Source: Bacteroidia bacterium
GTDB lineage: Bacteria > Bacteroidota > Bacteroidia > AKYH767-A > OLB10
DNA: 64,000 bases
Assembly (NCBI GenBank): GCA_039931675.1
Contig: JBDTRM010000023.1
Location: forward strand, 16,006-80,005
Direction: 5' to 3'
In this document: positions 28,172 to 38,516 of the stretch, in pieces
Layout of the letters: each line of letters starts with the position of its first letter
Position numbering within the stretch: the first letter of the stretch is position 1
Position numbers and translations under genes: made by a program
The notes under the pieces: generated by a model
Databases searched by the model: none
What the model saw: the letters and a program-made list of their open reading frames with translations, nothing else
What the model was told of the DNA's origin: nothing

Positions 28172-29143
28172 TTGAAAAACATATTTTGTAAGGCATTATT
28201 ATTTTTAGTTGTTCTGCCATCGGTATATGCTCAGCAAGTTGTAACCCTTATGCCAAAAAACGGTGATTGCAACCACCCGATACTTGTTACTGATACAATG
28301 GTTGTTTCAAAATATTCACCTGAAGGATATGGCAACTTACTCGAAATATCAGGTAATGTGGCAAATGATGTACATTTTTTTGAACAGGAGCACAATACTG
28401 TTTGGTATTGCTTCAGGTCCCCATGTCATGCTTCGCTGAGTTTTGAAATTATTCCTGACAGCATTAATGACGATTATGATTTTGCACTCTACCGTTGTGA
28501 AGGAGATAACTTTTGTGAAAATGTAAGAACAAAAAAAATTCTTCCCGTACGTACATGTATTTCACGAAATGACAAAAAAGGAAAAAGTGTGACAGGATTA
28601 AGCGTCAATGCAAAGCAAGATTTAATTCACTCCGGTGTAGGTAATTCATTTGCCCGTGTTATTGAAGTTAACAAAAACGATTTATATTTTTTACTTGTGG
28701 ATAATGCTTACAATGCAGGAGGTGGACATATACTTAGGTTGCATTGGAAATACATTCCCCCTGCACCGCATAAATATTTACCCGGAGAGATTTTTGAATT
28801 TGAAAATATAATTTTTGAAGAAGGTACTGCAAAATTTGATAGGAATTCATTTGGTTGGTTGGATAGTCTCAGGCGTATAATGGTAAACAACCCGAATTTA
28901 AAAATTGAAATAAGAGGACATGTTGATGGATACAGCAGTAAGAACACCGATGTTTATATGCGGGTTTCTCTGGAGCGTGCTAAGGCAGTTTACGAGTATC
29001 TGTGTCAAAATAGAATTGACAGCGCGCGAATGGTGTATAAAGGATTTGGAAATACAAGAATGAAATATGTGTATCCCGATTTTCAACCCTTTCTGCATAA
29101 AAAAAACAGAACGGTTGAAATGGTAGTGCTCTCAAATAACTAA
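28172..29143 (+). CDS. OmpA-like C-terminal domain protein
   Basis: C-terminal 'FEFENIIFEEGTAKFDRNSFGWLDSLRRIMVNNPNLKIEIRGHVDG...RVSLERAKAVYEYL' resembles the OmpA/MotB peptidoglycan-binding domain. Signal peptide. Confidence 0.55.
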   Translation: MKNIFCKALLFLVVLPSVYAQQVVTLMPKNGDCNHPILVTDTMVVSKYSPEGYGNLLEISGNVANDVHFFEQEHNTVWYCFRSPCHASLSFEIIPDSINDDYDFALYRCEGDNFCENVRTKKILPVRTCISRNDKKGKSVTGLSVNAKQDLIHSGVGNSFARVIEVNKNDLYFLLVDNAYNAGGGHILRLHWKYIPPAPHKYLPGEIFEFENIIFEEGTAKFDRNSFGWLDSLRRIMVNNPNLKIEIRGHVDGYSSKNTDVYMRVSLERAKAVYEYLCQNRIDSARMVYKGFGNTRMKYVYPDFQPFLHKKNRTVEMVVLSNN

Positions 29144-29240
29144 TCAATATAATTTTAAGCAAACCGGAGTCAAAAAAAATTCATATCACTGTTAATGTTA
29201 ACAAACACGGTGCTATCTGCTTAATCAAAGGGTAAATACA

Positions 29241-30509
29241 TTACTTAAGCAACTTAACTGCCTTCTTAACTCCATCAACCAATTTATCCACTTCTTCAAA
29301 AGTATTGTAAAAGAAAAACGAAGCGCGTATGGTTCCCGGAATATTTAATCGCATCATCACAGGTTCAGTGCAATGATGGCCGGTACGCACTGCAATGCCA
29401 AGTGTATCGAGAAACATACCTGCATCAAGGGCATTGATTCCTTCAAGTATAAAAGCGCATACACCGGTTTTTTCTTTGGCTGTGCCGATAAATTTTACTT
29501 CGGGGATTTGTGAAAGCTGCTCTGCGCAATATTTCAAAAGCGCATCTTCATGAGCAATAACTTCATCACGATTAAGCGAATTCCAATAATCAATTGCAGC
29601 ACCAAGTGCAATTACACCTTCAACATGCGGAGTGCCTGCTTCGAATTTATGAGGCACTTCATTATAAGTTGTTTTTTCAAAACTCACACTTGATATCATA
29701 TCTCCGCCACCCATGTAAGGAGGCATGTTTTCAAGCAAATTAATTTTTCCAAATAACACACCAATGCCTGTTGGTCCCAACATTTTATGCCCGCTGAATG
29801 CGAAGAAATCACAATCTAAATCCTGCACATCAACAGGGAAATGCGAAACGGCTTGTGCCCCATCCAACATCACAGGAATATTTTTTTCATGAGCTTTTGC
29901 AATTATTTCTTTAACAGGATTTATTGTACCGAGTGAATTTGAAACATAAACAAGCGAAATGAATTTTGTTTTTAGAGAATATAATTTTTCAAATTCATCA
30001 ATCAAAAGTTGGCCTGCATCATTCATTGGGATGACTTTCAGCACAGCTTTTTTTTCTTCGCACAGCATTTGCCAGGGAACAATATTGCTGTGATGTTCCA
30101 TTGCAGAAATTATTATTTCATCGCCTGCATGAATGTTTTTTCTTCCGTAAGTGGATGCAACAAGATTTATCGCTTCAGTAGTTCCACGAACGAAAACAAT
30201 TTCCTTTTCAGAATTTGCATTAATAAACTTTTGTGTTTTTACACGCACATCATCATAAGCCTGTGATGCTTTCTGACTAAGGTAATGCACACCGCGATGA
30301 ATGTTTGCATTGTATTCAGAATAATATTTTGAAATGCAATCAATTACCTGTTTTGGTTTTTGAGATGTAGCTGCATTGTCAAAATAAACCAATTGCTTTC
30401 CATAAACTTTTTGAGAAAGGATTGGAAAATCATTCCTGATTTTATTTATATCGAATGTGATTTTATCTTTAGTAAGTGTTTCTGTTTGCATAATATTTAT
30501 ATAACACAT
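29241..30509 (-). CDS. sufS: cysteine desulfurase SufS
   Basis: 'RNDFPIL...VYFDNAATSQKP', 'NIHRGVH', 'FSGHKMLGPTGIGVLFG' and 'RTGHHCTEP' are class V aminotransferase/SufS motifs. Alternative start MQTE at 30491. Confidence 0.85.
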   Translation of the reverse strand: MCYINIMQTETLTKDKITFDINKIRNDFPILSQKVYGKQLVYFDNAATSQKPKQVIDCISKYYSEYNANIHRGVHYLSQKASQAYDDVRVKTQKFINANSEKEIVFVRGTTEAINLVASTYGRKNIHAGDEIIISAMEHHSNIVPWQMLCEEKKAVLKVIPMNDAGQLLIDEFEKLYSLKTKFISLVYVSNSLGTINPVKEIIAKAHEKNIPVMLDGAQAVSHFPVDVQDLDCDFFAFSGHKMLGPTGIGVLFGKINLLENMPPYMGGGDMISSVSFEKTTYNEVPHKFEAGTPHVEGVIALGAAIDYWNSLNRDEVIAHEDALLKYCAEQLSQIPEVKFIGTAKEKTGVCAFILEGINALDAGMFLDTLGIAVRTGHHCTEPVMMRLNIPGTIRASFFFYNTFEEVDKLVDGVKKAVKLLK

Positions 30510-30549
30510 TTCACGTTGTATTGTTTGAAATCTTTATTTTGAGAAATGA

Positions 30550-30801
30550 CTATTCCAATTTTCTCTTATTAAATTGATTTTCTATTGCTCTTAATCTTTC
30601 TATTTCTTTTGTGTCAATTAATTCCATGGGTTCGTCAAAATCATCAGATATATAACTAATTGTTCCTTTGCCAAAACCTGCTTTCAAAGGCTTCTTCTCA
30701 ATCTTAAATTCTTCATAAGCCTCTTCAATTTTTTTCTCAATCCTTTCACGCAAGTCTATTGGAAGTGCTTCAATTTTCTCAATTAATTCTTTTGTGCTCA
30801 T
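30550..30801 (-). CDS. antitoxin-like small protein, paralog of 35593..35805 (orphan, no toxin partner)
   Basis: 'MSTKELIEKIEALP...KAGFGKG...DDFDEP' aligns with 'MSTKELVERLESLD...KAGFAKG...ADEFNKP'. The 5' ~40 bp including the start are near-identical at DNA level to the 35788..35828 region. Confidence 0.4.
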   Translation of the reverse strand: MSTKELIEKIEALPIDLRERIEKKIEEAYEEFKIEKKPLKAGFGKGTISYISDDFDEPMELIDTKEIERLRAIENQFNKRKLE

Positions 30802-30867
30802 CAGTTTTACTTTTTGATTTTTGTATATAACAAAATTACTCATCCTTCTTGTTTAATCCCAATCAAC

Positions 30868-33800
30868 TTATTTTCTCACTACCAATTTCAACATCTTAAC
30901 TGCATTACCATTACTCATTTTCAGCATATAAATTCCATCAGCAATTGTTGAAATATTTAATGATGATTTACCTGCTTCAATATTTTTTTCAAGCAGCAAT
31001 TTATTCAGCGCATCATACAATTGCACTTTTGCTTTTTGTTGGCTGATGATGTTGATTTCGTTTTGTGCAGGGTTTGGATAAATATTGAAATTAAAATCCT
31101 GATTGTGATTATCAATGCCGAGCCATGTGTTATCCCACACCACGATATGATTGTCTTCGGCATTTACAAAATGTTCCACTTCATCTTTATCAATTATCCT
31201 GATGTTAGTAAATGAAAGATGCAGCGTATCATTCCACACTGTTAATGAAGAAGCAGTATTAAAATTGATGTTTGCAATAATTCCGTTACCCGACCTGTTT
31301 ACATGATTAGTTGCTGTGGCACCTGTTTTTAATTCTGCATTTATCAAATTATTATTCTGAATAAAAATCAAATCATTTGTTGCAGAATTCCCCAGCCAAC
31401 TGTTATTGAATTGTAAATTCAAACTTGCAGGGTCAATAACATTTTTATTATAGCTCAATTGAAATGCAATTCCATAAATACTGTCGGCAGGAATAACTAC
31501 ATCGCCAAATTCAATACCAACACTTACGGGAACTCCAGTTATAACAGAATCATTGGCAACAATAAACCTAAGAGGAGCTGAGTTTAAAACATGCTGTGAT
31601 TGTGGCGGGGCAAATAAATGTACCTGCCCGAAGTTTTGAACGATTGCCATAGTATCATCCAAATCAATTGTTCCGCTTCCATCGCAATCAATATGTTTAT
31701 AATCTGTTCCCGCAGCAAGAGTAGTTTCCCAATTTACAGATGAGTATGGCATCCAAGCATTACTGATACTTCCCCGCGCATAACGACTGCTTCCTATTCC
31801 AATTCCCAAAGCAAGCATATCCATATTGTCTGCTACATGATCATTATTGGCATCACCGGGCCACACACTATCCATGTCGTTATAAAACAATATTGAATCA
31901 ATTGTAACGCATCCGTTTGAATCGGTAACAGTAACAATATAGGTTGTATTTTCGCAGTAGCCTGTTACCGGAACAGATGGATTGAAACTAACGTTATAAG
32001 GAGGTGTACCACCGGAATAATTGAGATTAACCGAGCCATTGCATAATCCGTTTACAGGAGCAACAGCATTGCTTTGATTAATAACTATGGTACTCTGATT
32101 TGCAAGTGTGAAAGAAGTGCTCGCAGTGCAACCTCCTAAATCTGTAGCTGTTACCGTATAGGTTCCGGGACAAAGATTATTACGTGAGTAAGTTGTTGCA
32201 CCATCACTCCATAAATAATTGGGATAGTAAAGTAATGAACCATTTGAACTCAGAAGAGCAAATCCATTGCATTGACCACAGGCGGGAGCATTGATGGCTG
32301 CTGAAATTGTAAATGATGATGGAGCAAGGTAGCCCTGCTGTCCGAAAGTGTTTACACATGTTTGAAAAGTTACATCGCAATCGTAAAAACCTGATTGAGT
32401 TGCAAAGTAAATTGTATCAGTTGCACCCGGTATTGCAGTGCCATTGAAATTCCATTGGTACGTAGCACCTATTATCGGATTATCTAATTTAAATAATACG
32501 CCACCGGGATTAGCACAAAGCGATGCAATTGATGTGGCACTTACATCTGCATCAACATTAGTAATATGTATAAGGTTAGAATTGATAAGATTGCCGCACA
32601 AATTGCTTAATGAGCAATAGTAATCACCTGTTGGCATCCAGCTTTGAGTGACAAGAGTATCTCCTGAAAAGGAATAACCTTGTCCAACTATTCCCCATGA
32701 ATAATAACTGTTTGGAAAGCCGGAAACAATTTGAGCATTAAGCGTCACTGAATTTCCGTTACACATTATATTACCATTTGTTTGAATCGTAAAAGATGCA
32801 GGCAATACAAGCCCGGTATAATATAAAGTATCAGCATGAGACAATATAGGAAAATTATTGCACGAAGGCATCATGTATTCCAGTTGGTAGTAACCCGCCT
32901 GCGTTGCTGCATAAATTGAATCATTAGCTCCGGGTATAGGATTGCCATTAAGATACCATTGATACGGAGGCTCAAAGCCATACATTCCAAATGGAGGAGG
33001 TTGAAAATAAATTGTGTCACCGGGACAAAAACCAAAGGATACTGCGTTTGACCCAAAGTAGCTCGGTGGGCCTAAATTAATAACCTGTATGGTATCAGAG
33101 TTTGTTGTGCCACACCCGTTACTGATAATGCACCATAACCCACCTGTATCAACCGGAGCATATTGATATCCACTTGCCACCCAAACACCCTTTTGATACC
33201 AATCGTAAGAGCAAGCAGTAATCAGTGGCAATGAAAGTGGCGAGTCAATGTACAACGGGCACCAGGGGTGAATTATAAAGACCGGGCCACCAAACGAAAA
33301 TGTTCCGGATGGAGGCAAACCCGCATTTACAGAAGTAACTCCAGATGTATAACTTCCACAGGAATTAGACATTACGCAATAGAAAGTTTCAGTCACATTT
33401 GCCACATAGGTATTGTTGGTTGCACCATTAATAACTCCAGCGCTATTATACCATTGATACGTGGCACCAATACTTGCTGATGCGGTAAGCGTTACAGATT
33501 GCCCGCTTGGACCGCAAAAACTCAATACTCCGTTTGCGGTAATTGTCGGAGGAACGGTGTCCATAATATTTATTACAAGGGTGTTGCTAATCCACATATT
33601 ACTATCAACATCATAAGCAGCAAGGCAGTAAACACCTCCTTGAGTTAGATTGAAAAAAGTGTCTGTACTCAAATTATAATCTACAGGAGAACTTATTCGC
33701 ATCCACCGCTGTGTAAGTTTTTTATTACTTGAAATTTTCAGGACTACAGGAGTTCCGTTGCAAACATTTGTTATTGAAGTAGAATCATTTGCAGTTATCA

Positions 33801-35094
33801 CAGGAACATCATAATCTGATTTTGTTTCCTGGAAACCATTGCGGACAATTGCAAAGTCTTTTCCACCATAACCTGATAAACGTGTGCTTCCTACAAAACA
33901 TAATCCATGAAAATAGATATCATACACATCACTAACTATTGCATTGCTTGGCGTATTAAATTCAGGAACGGTATAACCCCAGTTAGTGTAAGTATCAGGG
34001 TCAATGAAACGCCAGAAGCCATTCAATCCGCCACTATCAACATACACATAACCGAAATGGTCATTAAAATAATAATACTGTCCCGTGTAAGCAAAATCGC
34101 CTTCCAATTGTGTTGAAACAATCGGTGCAATATCAGTTACGTTGTAAGAAACAAGCGGACCATTTTGATGATACTGCATGTTGCCCAATTCATCGGTTAC
34201 ATGAAAGTAGGGATACCAATTACCAAAACTTACACGCTCAACACCTCCAAAAACCAATTGATTACTTGCTAATTCACAGCAACTTGTAACCGTTAAATAA
34301 TTGTATGCGTAACTCTCTTCCTTCGTCCAAAGTGTGTCACCGTTGTAATCTGTTTTTACTTCCCACAAAATTTTATTAGCTCCATTTATGCTGCTGCTGC
34401 AAAGAATCACAGCGCCATCATGAGTCAATTCGCAATCAGAAAATTCTTCATCACCGGTGAGCGCATAAATTTTTGTTTGTACTAAATTTCCGACACTGTC
34501 TAAAATCCAAATTGCTGCATTCTTATTTCCTCCTGAAAGTTTTTGTGTACCCGCAACAAAAATATTTCCGTTGCTTAGAGCGAGGACTTCGTTTGCATAT
34601 TCATTATCATTTGGACTACCAATGATTTGTTGCCATAAAAAAGTTCCTGTTGATGAATAACGCGCAACCAACACATCTTTATTGAGCGAGCCAATAGAAT
34701 TTGTTGAACCGGCAACAACTAAATCACCATTTGTGCATTTACGAATTCCATAGGCAATTTCATCGCCTTGCGCATTAAGATTTTGACTCCACATCACATG
34801 TCCGCTTGAATCAAAATTTACAATGAAAAAATCTTTGCCATTGCCAAAGCCTTCGCTGTAGCCTGCTGCACACCAACCACTGTCAATGGTTTTGCAAACT
34901 GCATAAGCCTCATCATCGGCAGGCGTTCCATAACCGCGCTCAAATGTTCCTGCAGGGAAAGTATTTTGTGCGATGGTATTTTGATGATGAAAAGAAAAAA
35001 ACAAAAACAATAAAAAAGTGAAAGCAGGAAATTGAAATGGTTGTGCTGCTTTTTTTTGCAATAATAAATGGGTGAGTGAGAATGTTATTTTCAT
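30868..35094 (-). CDS. giant T9SS-secreted protein: N-terminal propeller-like repeats, SprB-like repeats, dockerin-like Ca-binding segment, type-A C-terminal sorting domain
   Basis: 1408 aa. SprB-like 'LCNGSVNLNYSGGTPPYNVSF' and related C-x-G motifs. Dockerin-like 'GDANNDHVADNMDMLAL' and 'DCDGSGTIDLDDTMAI'. C-terminus 'NIYPNPAQNEINII...GIYMLKMSNGNAVKMLKLVVRK'. Confidence 0.7.
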   Translation of the reverse strand: MKITFSLTHLLLQKKAAQPFQFPAFTFLLFLFFSFHHQNTIAQNTFPAGTFERGYGTPADDEAYAVCKTIDSGWCAAGYSEGFGNGKDFFIVNFDSSGHVMWSQNLNAQGDEIAYGIRKCTNGDLVVAGSTNSIGSLNKDVLVARYSSTGTFLWQQIIGSPNDNEYANEVLALSNGNIFVAGTQKLSGGNKNAAIWILDSVGNLVQTKIYALTGDEEFSDCELTHDGAVILCSSSINGANKILWEVKTDYNGDTLWTKEESYAYNYLTVTSCCELASNQLVFGGVERVSFGNWYPYFHVTDELGNMQYHQNGPLVSYNVTDIAPIVSTQLEGDFAYTGQYYYFNDHFGYVYVDSGGLNGFWRFIDPDTYTNWGYTVPEFNTPSNAIVSDVYDIYFHGLCFVGSTRLSGYGGKDFAIVRNGFQETKSDYDVPVITANDSTSITNVCNGTPVVLKISSNKKLTQRWMRISSPVDYNLSTDTFFNLTQGGVYCLAAYDVDSNMWISNTLVINIMDTVPPTITANGVLSFCGPSGQSVTLTASASIGATYQWYNSAGVINGATNNTYVANVTETFYCVMSNSCGSYTSGVTSVNAGLPPSGTFSFGGPVFIIHPWCPLYIDSPLSLPLITACSYDWYQKGVWVASGYQYAPVDTGGLWCIISNGCGTTNSDTIQVINLGPPSYFGSNAVSFGFCPGDTIYFQPPPFGMYGFEPPYQWYLNGNPIPGANDSIYAATQAGYYQLEYMMPSCNNFPILSHADTLYYTGLVLPASFTIQTNGNIMCNGNSVTLNAQIVSGFPNSYYSWGIVGQGYSFSGDTLVTQSWMPTGDYYCSLSNLCGNLINSNLIHITNVDADVSATSIASLCANPGGVLFKLDNPIIGATYQWNFNGTAIPGATDTIYFATQSGFYDCDVTFQTCVNTFGQQGYLAPSSFTISAAINAPACGQCNGFALLSSNGSLLYYPNYLWSDGATTYSRNNLCPGTYTVTATDLGGCTASTSFTLANQSTIVINQSNAVAPVNGLCNGSVNLNYSGGTPPYNVSFNPSVPVTGYCENTTYIVTVTDSNGCVTIDSILFYNDMDSVWPGDANNDHVADNMDMLALGIGIGSSRYARGSISNAWMPYSSVNWETTLAAGTDYKHIDCDGSGTIDLDDTMAIVQNFGQVHLFAPPQSQHVLNSAPLRFIVANDSVITGVPVSVGIEFGDVVIPADSIYGIAFQLSYNKNVIDPASLNLQFNNSWLGNSATNDLIFIQNNNLINAELKTGATATNHVNRSGNGIIANINFNTASSLTVWNDTLHLSFTNIRIIDKDEVEHFVNAEDNHIVVWDNTWLGIDNHNQDFNFNIYPNPAQNEINIISQQKAKVQLYDALNKLLLEKNIEAGKSSLNISTIADGIYMLKMSNGNAVKMLKLVVRK

Positions 35095-35203
35095 GATAAC
35101 AAGAGTTTTATAATGTTATCACCAAAATTATAAAAATAATTTACTTTAAGGATAATTATGATTCCATTTTGATTTTCGAAAGTACGTCTGGGAATATTAC
35201 AAA

Positions 35204-35596
35204 CTAAAACAGAATCTTAACAGGATACTTTTTCATTTGCGAATCATCGGTAATCAAGAACAAATCTTCTTTGATTGCTTGCGAAACGATTAATCTATCG
35301 AATGGGTCTTTATGCTCAGAGTACAAAATAAGATTCTCCAACTCCAATAGATGAGAAAGCTTTATATCAATTATTTGAATATCATATTGGGTTAATATTT
35401 TTTCAAAGTCTTTGAGTGGGTATTTTGTGGGAAGTTTTTTGAGTGCTATTTTGATTGCGATTTCCCATAAGGAAGCAATGCTGATAAACCTGTTGCTGAT
35501 TGGTGCATCAATCAAGTCTTTCTTTTCTGATTGCAATCTTGAATCATCTTCAATATACCATAAAAATATATGTGTGTCGAGTAATAAATTCATCAC
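35204..35596 (-). CDS. PIN-domain (VapC-like) toxin
   Basis: 'MMNLLLDTHIFLWYIEDDSRL' N-terminal PIN motif. 'LFLITDDSQM' C-terminal acidic motif. Overlaps the upstream antitoxin by 4 nt. Confidence 0.65.
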   Translation of the reverse strand: MMNLLLDTHIFLWYIEDDSRLQSEKKDLIDAPISNRFISIASLWEIAIKIALKKLPTKYPLKDFEKILTQYDIQIIDIKLSHLLELENLILYSEHKDPFDRLIVSQAIKEDLFLITDDSQMKKYPVKILF

Positions 35597-35805
35597 ATAT
35601 AATCTTTAAAATCGTCAAGCGGTTTATTAAATTCATCAGCATCGGGTATATTTTCAAAAAAACCTTTTGCAAAACCAGCTTTTGCCCGCATTTTTGGTTT
35701 TACTTGCCCAGCACGGTCCAATATTTCCTTGATTTGTTTTTCTGCAATTATACGAGACTCTTCATCAAGTGATTCTAATCTTTCAACTAATTCTTTCGTG
35801 CTCAT
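35593..35805 (-). CDS. antitoxin partner of PIN toxin
   Basis: 70-aa ORF directly upstream of and overlapping the PIN gene. Paralog of 30550..30801. Confidence 0.5.
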   Translation of the reverse strand: MSTKELVERLESLDEESRIIAEKQIKEILDRAGQVKPKMRAKAGFAKGFFENIPDADEFNKPLDDFKDYM

Positions 35806-35810
35806 AACAT

Positions 35811-37124
35811 TTACTTTTTTAATTTTTCAGCAAGTAAATTTACTGAATAATCGTGTAATGATTCAATGGTAATGTTTTTTAAAACATCGCTTGCAAAAGC
35901 AAAATTTAAAAGTGATTGCGCTGCTTGTTTTCCTATTCCACGTGAACGTAAATAGAATAACGCTTCATCATCCAATTGCCCTGTTGTTGCACCATGACTG
36001 CATTTCACATCATCGGCATAAATTTCTAACTGCGGCTTTGAATACATGTTGGCATCATTGCTCAACAAAATATTTTTATTCGATTGAAATGCATTTGTTT
36101 TCTGTGCATCCTTATGAACAAAAATCTTTCCGTTAAAAATTCCTGTTGCTTTATCGTCAATCAAACCTTTATATAATTGATTGCTGTTGCAATGAGGTTT
36201 GGCATGATGCACTGCAGTGTGATTATCAATTATCTCATTGCCGTTTGCAACATACATTCCATACAAATGCGATTCGATGTTTTCATCATCAAGCATAATG
36301 TTCAGGTTATTGCGAACCATATTTCCGCCAAGCGAAACGGTGTTGATTGAAAACTTTGAATCTCGTTTTTGATATACGTACGTGTTGCTTACTTGATGAA
36401 CATTTGAATTGTCATTCTGAATAAAATCAAATTCGAGATTTGAATTTTCTGATGCGACCAATTCATTCACCACATTTACAAAACCGTTGGTGGTTTCATT
36501 TTGTGATAAAGTAATGAAACCGATTTTTGTCTGTGAATTTTTACCGGCAACAATTAAATTGCGACAATATGCTGCAACGGGTTCTTCCTGTTCACTAACA
36601 ATGTTGATGATGTAAATTGGTTTTTCAATCGTAGCTTTTGGTTCGATGTAAATAAAAGTACCGTCTAACATAAATGCTGTATTCAATGCAGCAAATTCAT
36701 GATTTGTGAAATCTGTATATTTTGAGAAATGATTTTTTAAGATTTCATTTTCAGTTGCATTTGAAATATTTTCAATTACTAATCCTTGCGGAAGATTTTT
36801 TATTGAAGAAAGTTTTTCATTCCATTTTCCATTTTCAAAAACAACTGCTATTGCATCTTTTAAAAACGGAAGCGATTTTAAATCATTCGCTGTAGTTTTA
36901 TTTTCAGTTGAAGGAGAAGTAAACCGAAAGTTTGTATTGATGATTGGAGTTACATCAAAATATTTCCACTCCTCGTTTTTCTTAGTCGGGAAGCCAAGTT
37001 TGTCAAAGCTTTCAATTGCCTGCTTTCGCAATGCAGCAAAAGTTTTTCCATACAACTCCGAAAATATTTCGAAATCGTTTAAGTAATTTTCTTTAGGGTT
37101 TGATATTTCAATCACGTTATTCAT
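35811..37124 (-). CDS. sufD: Fe-S cluster assembly protein SufD
   Basis: 437 aa. C-terminal 'SNQLYKGLIDDKATGIFNGKIFVHKDAQKTNAFQSNKNILLS...SKPQLEIYADDVKCSHGATTGQLDDEALFYLRSRGI' matches the SufB/SufD family. Sits between sufC and the suf cluster. Confidence 0.8.
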   Translation of the reverse strand: MNNVIEISNPKENYLNDFEIFSELYGKTFAALRKQAIESFDKLGFPTKKNEEWKYFDVTPIINTNFRFTSPSTENKTTANDLKSLPFLKDAIAVVFENGKWNEKLSSIKNLPQGLVIENISNATENEILKNHFSKYTDFTNHEFAALNTAFMLDGTFIYIEPKATIEKPIYIINIVSEQEEPVAAYCRNLIVAGKNSQTKIGFITLSQNETTNGFVNVVNELVASENSNLEFDFIQNDNSNVHQVSNTYVYQKRDSKFSINTVSLGGNMVRNNLNIMLDDENIESHLYGMYVANGNEIIDNHTAVHHAKPHCNSNQLYKGLIDDKATGIFNGKIFVHKDAQKTNAFQSNKNILLSNDANMYSKPQLEIYADDVKCSHGATTGQLDDEALFYLRSRGIGKQAAQSLLNFAFASDVLKNITIESLHDYSVNLLAEKLKK

Positions 37125-37159
37125 TTTTTATTTTTGTTAGTTTGAGCAAACTAAAGTTG

Positions 37160-37912
37160 TTACGCAACTTCTTCTTCCTTAATCCAATCGTAACCTTTCT
37201 CTTCCAACTCAAGCGCCAATTCTTTTCCACCTGATTTTACAATTCTTCCTTTGTACAACACATGCACAAAATCAGGAATGATATAATCCAACAATCGCTG
37301 ATAGTGGGTAATTACAACAAACGAACGCTCAGGGTTGCGAAGTTTATTTACACCATCGGCTACAATCCGCAAGGCATCAATATCAAGACCTGAGTCGGTT
37401 TCATCTAATATTGCAAGCTTAGGTTCAAGCATTGCCATTTGAAAAATTTCGTTGCGCTTTTTTTCACCACCGCTGAAACCTTCGTTCACGCTTCGCTGTG
37501 TCATAGTTTTATCCATTTCAACAATTGCCATTTTTTCTTTCATCAACTTTAAAAAGTCTTTTGAATCTAATGGTTCTTTTCCATTTGCTTTGCGAATTTC
37601 ATTCACTGCCGTTTTCAAAAAGTTGGCATTACTCACACCGGGTATTTCAACAGGGTATTGAAATGCAAGAAAAATTCCTTTCTGTGCGCGCTCTTCGGGC
37701 GAGAGTTCGAAAACATCTTCACCATTATAAAGAATTTCGCCTGAAGTAACTTCATATTCTTCTCTGCCTGTAAGCACCGCTGCTAACGTACTTTTACCTG
37801 AACCATTCGGTCCCATGATAGCATGAACTTCTCCTGCTTTTACTTCAAGATTTAATCCTCTTAAAATTTCTTTTCCCTCCACAGAGGCCTGTAAGTTTTT
37901 TATTGATAGCAT
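37160..37912 (-). CDS. sufC: Fe-S cluster assembly ATPase SufC
   Basis: '[42 protein letters not shown]' Walker A. '[36 protein letters not shown]' ABC signature and Walker B. Confidence 0.9.
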   Translation of the reverse strand: MLSIKNLQASVEGKEILRGLNLEVKAGEVHAIMGPNGSGKSTLAAVLTGREEYEVTSGEILYNGEDVFELSPEERAQKGIFLAFQYPVEIPGVSNANFLKTAVNEIRKANGKEPLDSKDFLKLMKEKMAIVEMDKTMTQRSVNEGFSGGEKKRNEIFQMAMLEPKLAILDETDSGLDIDALRIVADGVNKLRNPERSFVVITHYQRLLDYIIPDFVHVLYKGRIVKSGGKELALELEEKGYDWIKEEEVA

Positions 37913-37986
37913 TATTATGGTTTATAAAATTTAATTCCTTTTATGAATTCGTAATCTTTTTTATTGTCGGTGAATAATTCGTAATC

Positions 37987-38316
37987 CTAAACCAATGCTG
38001 TTGCAGCAATTAGCGCATCGGCAACGAATAAAGAATTTAATGGCTTATAAGTCTTAAACAATGTTAGTGCTTTGAGAGAAATGGATTCATTTAGTTGCAT
38101 AAGTTGATAAGCTCTAAATTGTTTTAAAAGTTCATACATTTTTTTCTTCGAATTCGCGCCTTCTAATAATTCATAAGCTGTTACAACTGAAATAGCAATT
38201 TGTCCTTTGAGAACATCAAGTTGATTTTTAATCGTTTTGTTTTCTCTGAAAGTTTTAATTAATATATCAGAATCAACAAGCACTATCTTTTTCTCCGCCA
38301 TACTTTTCTCCTCCAT
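37987..38316 (-). CDS. short PIN-like (VapC-like) protein, possibly truncated
   Basis: 'KKIVLVDSDILIKTF' and '...FVADALIAATALV' resemble VapC N- and C-proximal motifs. At 109 aa it is shorter than a typical VapC. Confidence 0.4.
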   Translation of the reverse strand: MEEKSMAEKKIVLVDSDILIKTFRENKTIKNQLDVLKGQIAISVVTAYELLEGANSKKKMYELLKQFRAYQLMQLNESISLKALTLFKTYKPLNSLFVADALIAATALV

Positions 38317-38516
38317 GTTTTAGGATTTATATCCATATCTTTCCATTTGCCAAACAAATATGTCGGAGAAACATCTTCATCTGAGTCAACTTTTATTGTG
38401 CTTTGATTTAATTCTTTACTTGTTTTCTTTTCAGAAACCTTACCTCCTAATGTTTCTAACAGTTGACTGAGAAGTGAAAAATTTGCTTCAGGAATTTTTA
38501 AGCTTGCCTGTATCAT
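38283..38516 (-). CDS. antitoxin-like small protein
   Basis: 77-aa ORF overlapping the PIN-like gene start. Shares an 'L..LGG' block with an unlisted ~48-aa ORF at ~38620..38764 (-). Confidence 0.3.
   Translation of the reverse strand: MIQASLKIPEANFSLLSQLLETLGGKVSEKKTSKELNQSTIKVDSDEDVSPTYLFGKWKDMDINPKTWRRKVWRRKR

Noticed and set aside
31021-34116. Plus-strand short ORFs inside the giant minus-strand gene
   Set aside because: Antisense to a 4.2-kb ORF with coherent domain structure; spurious.
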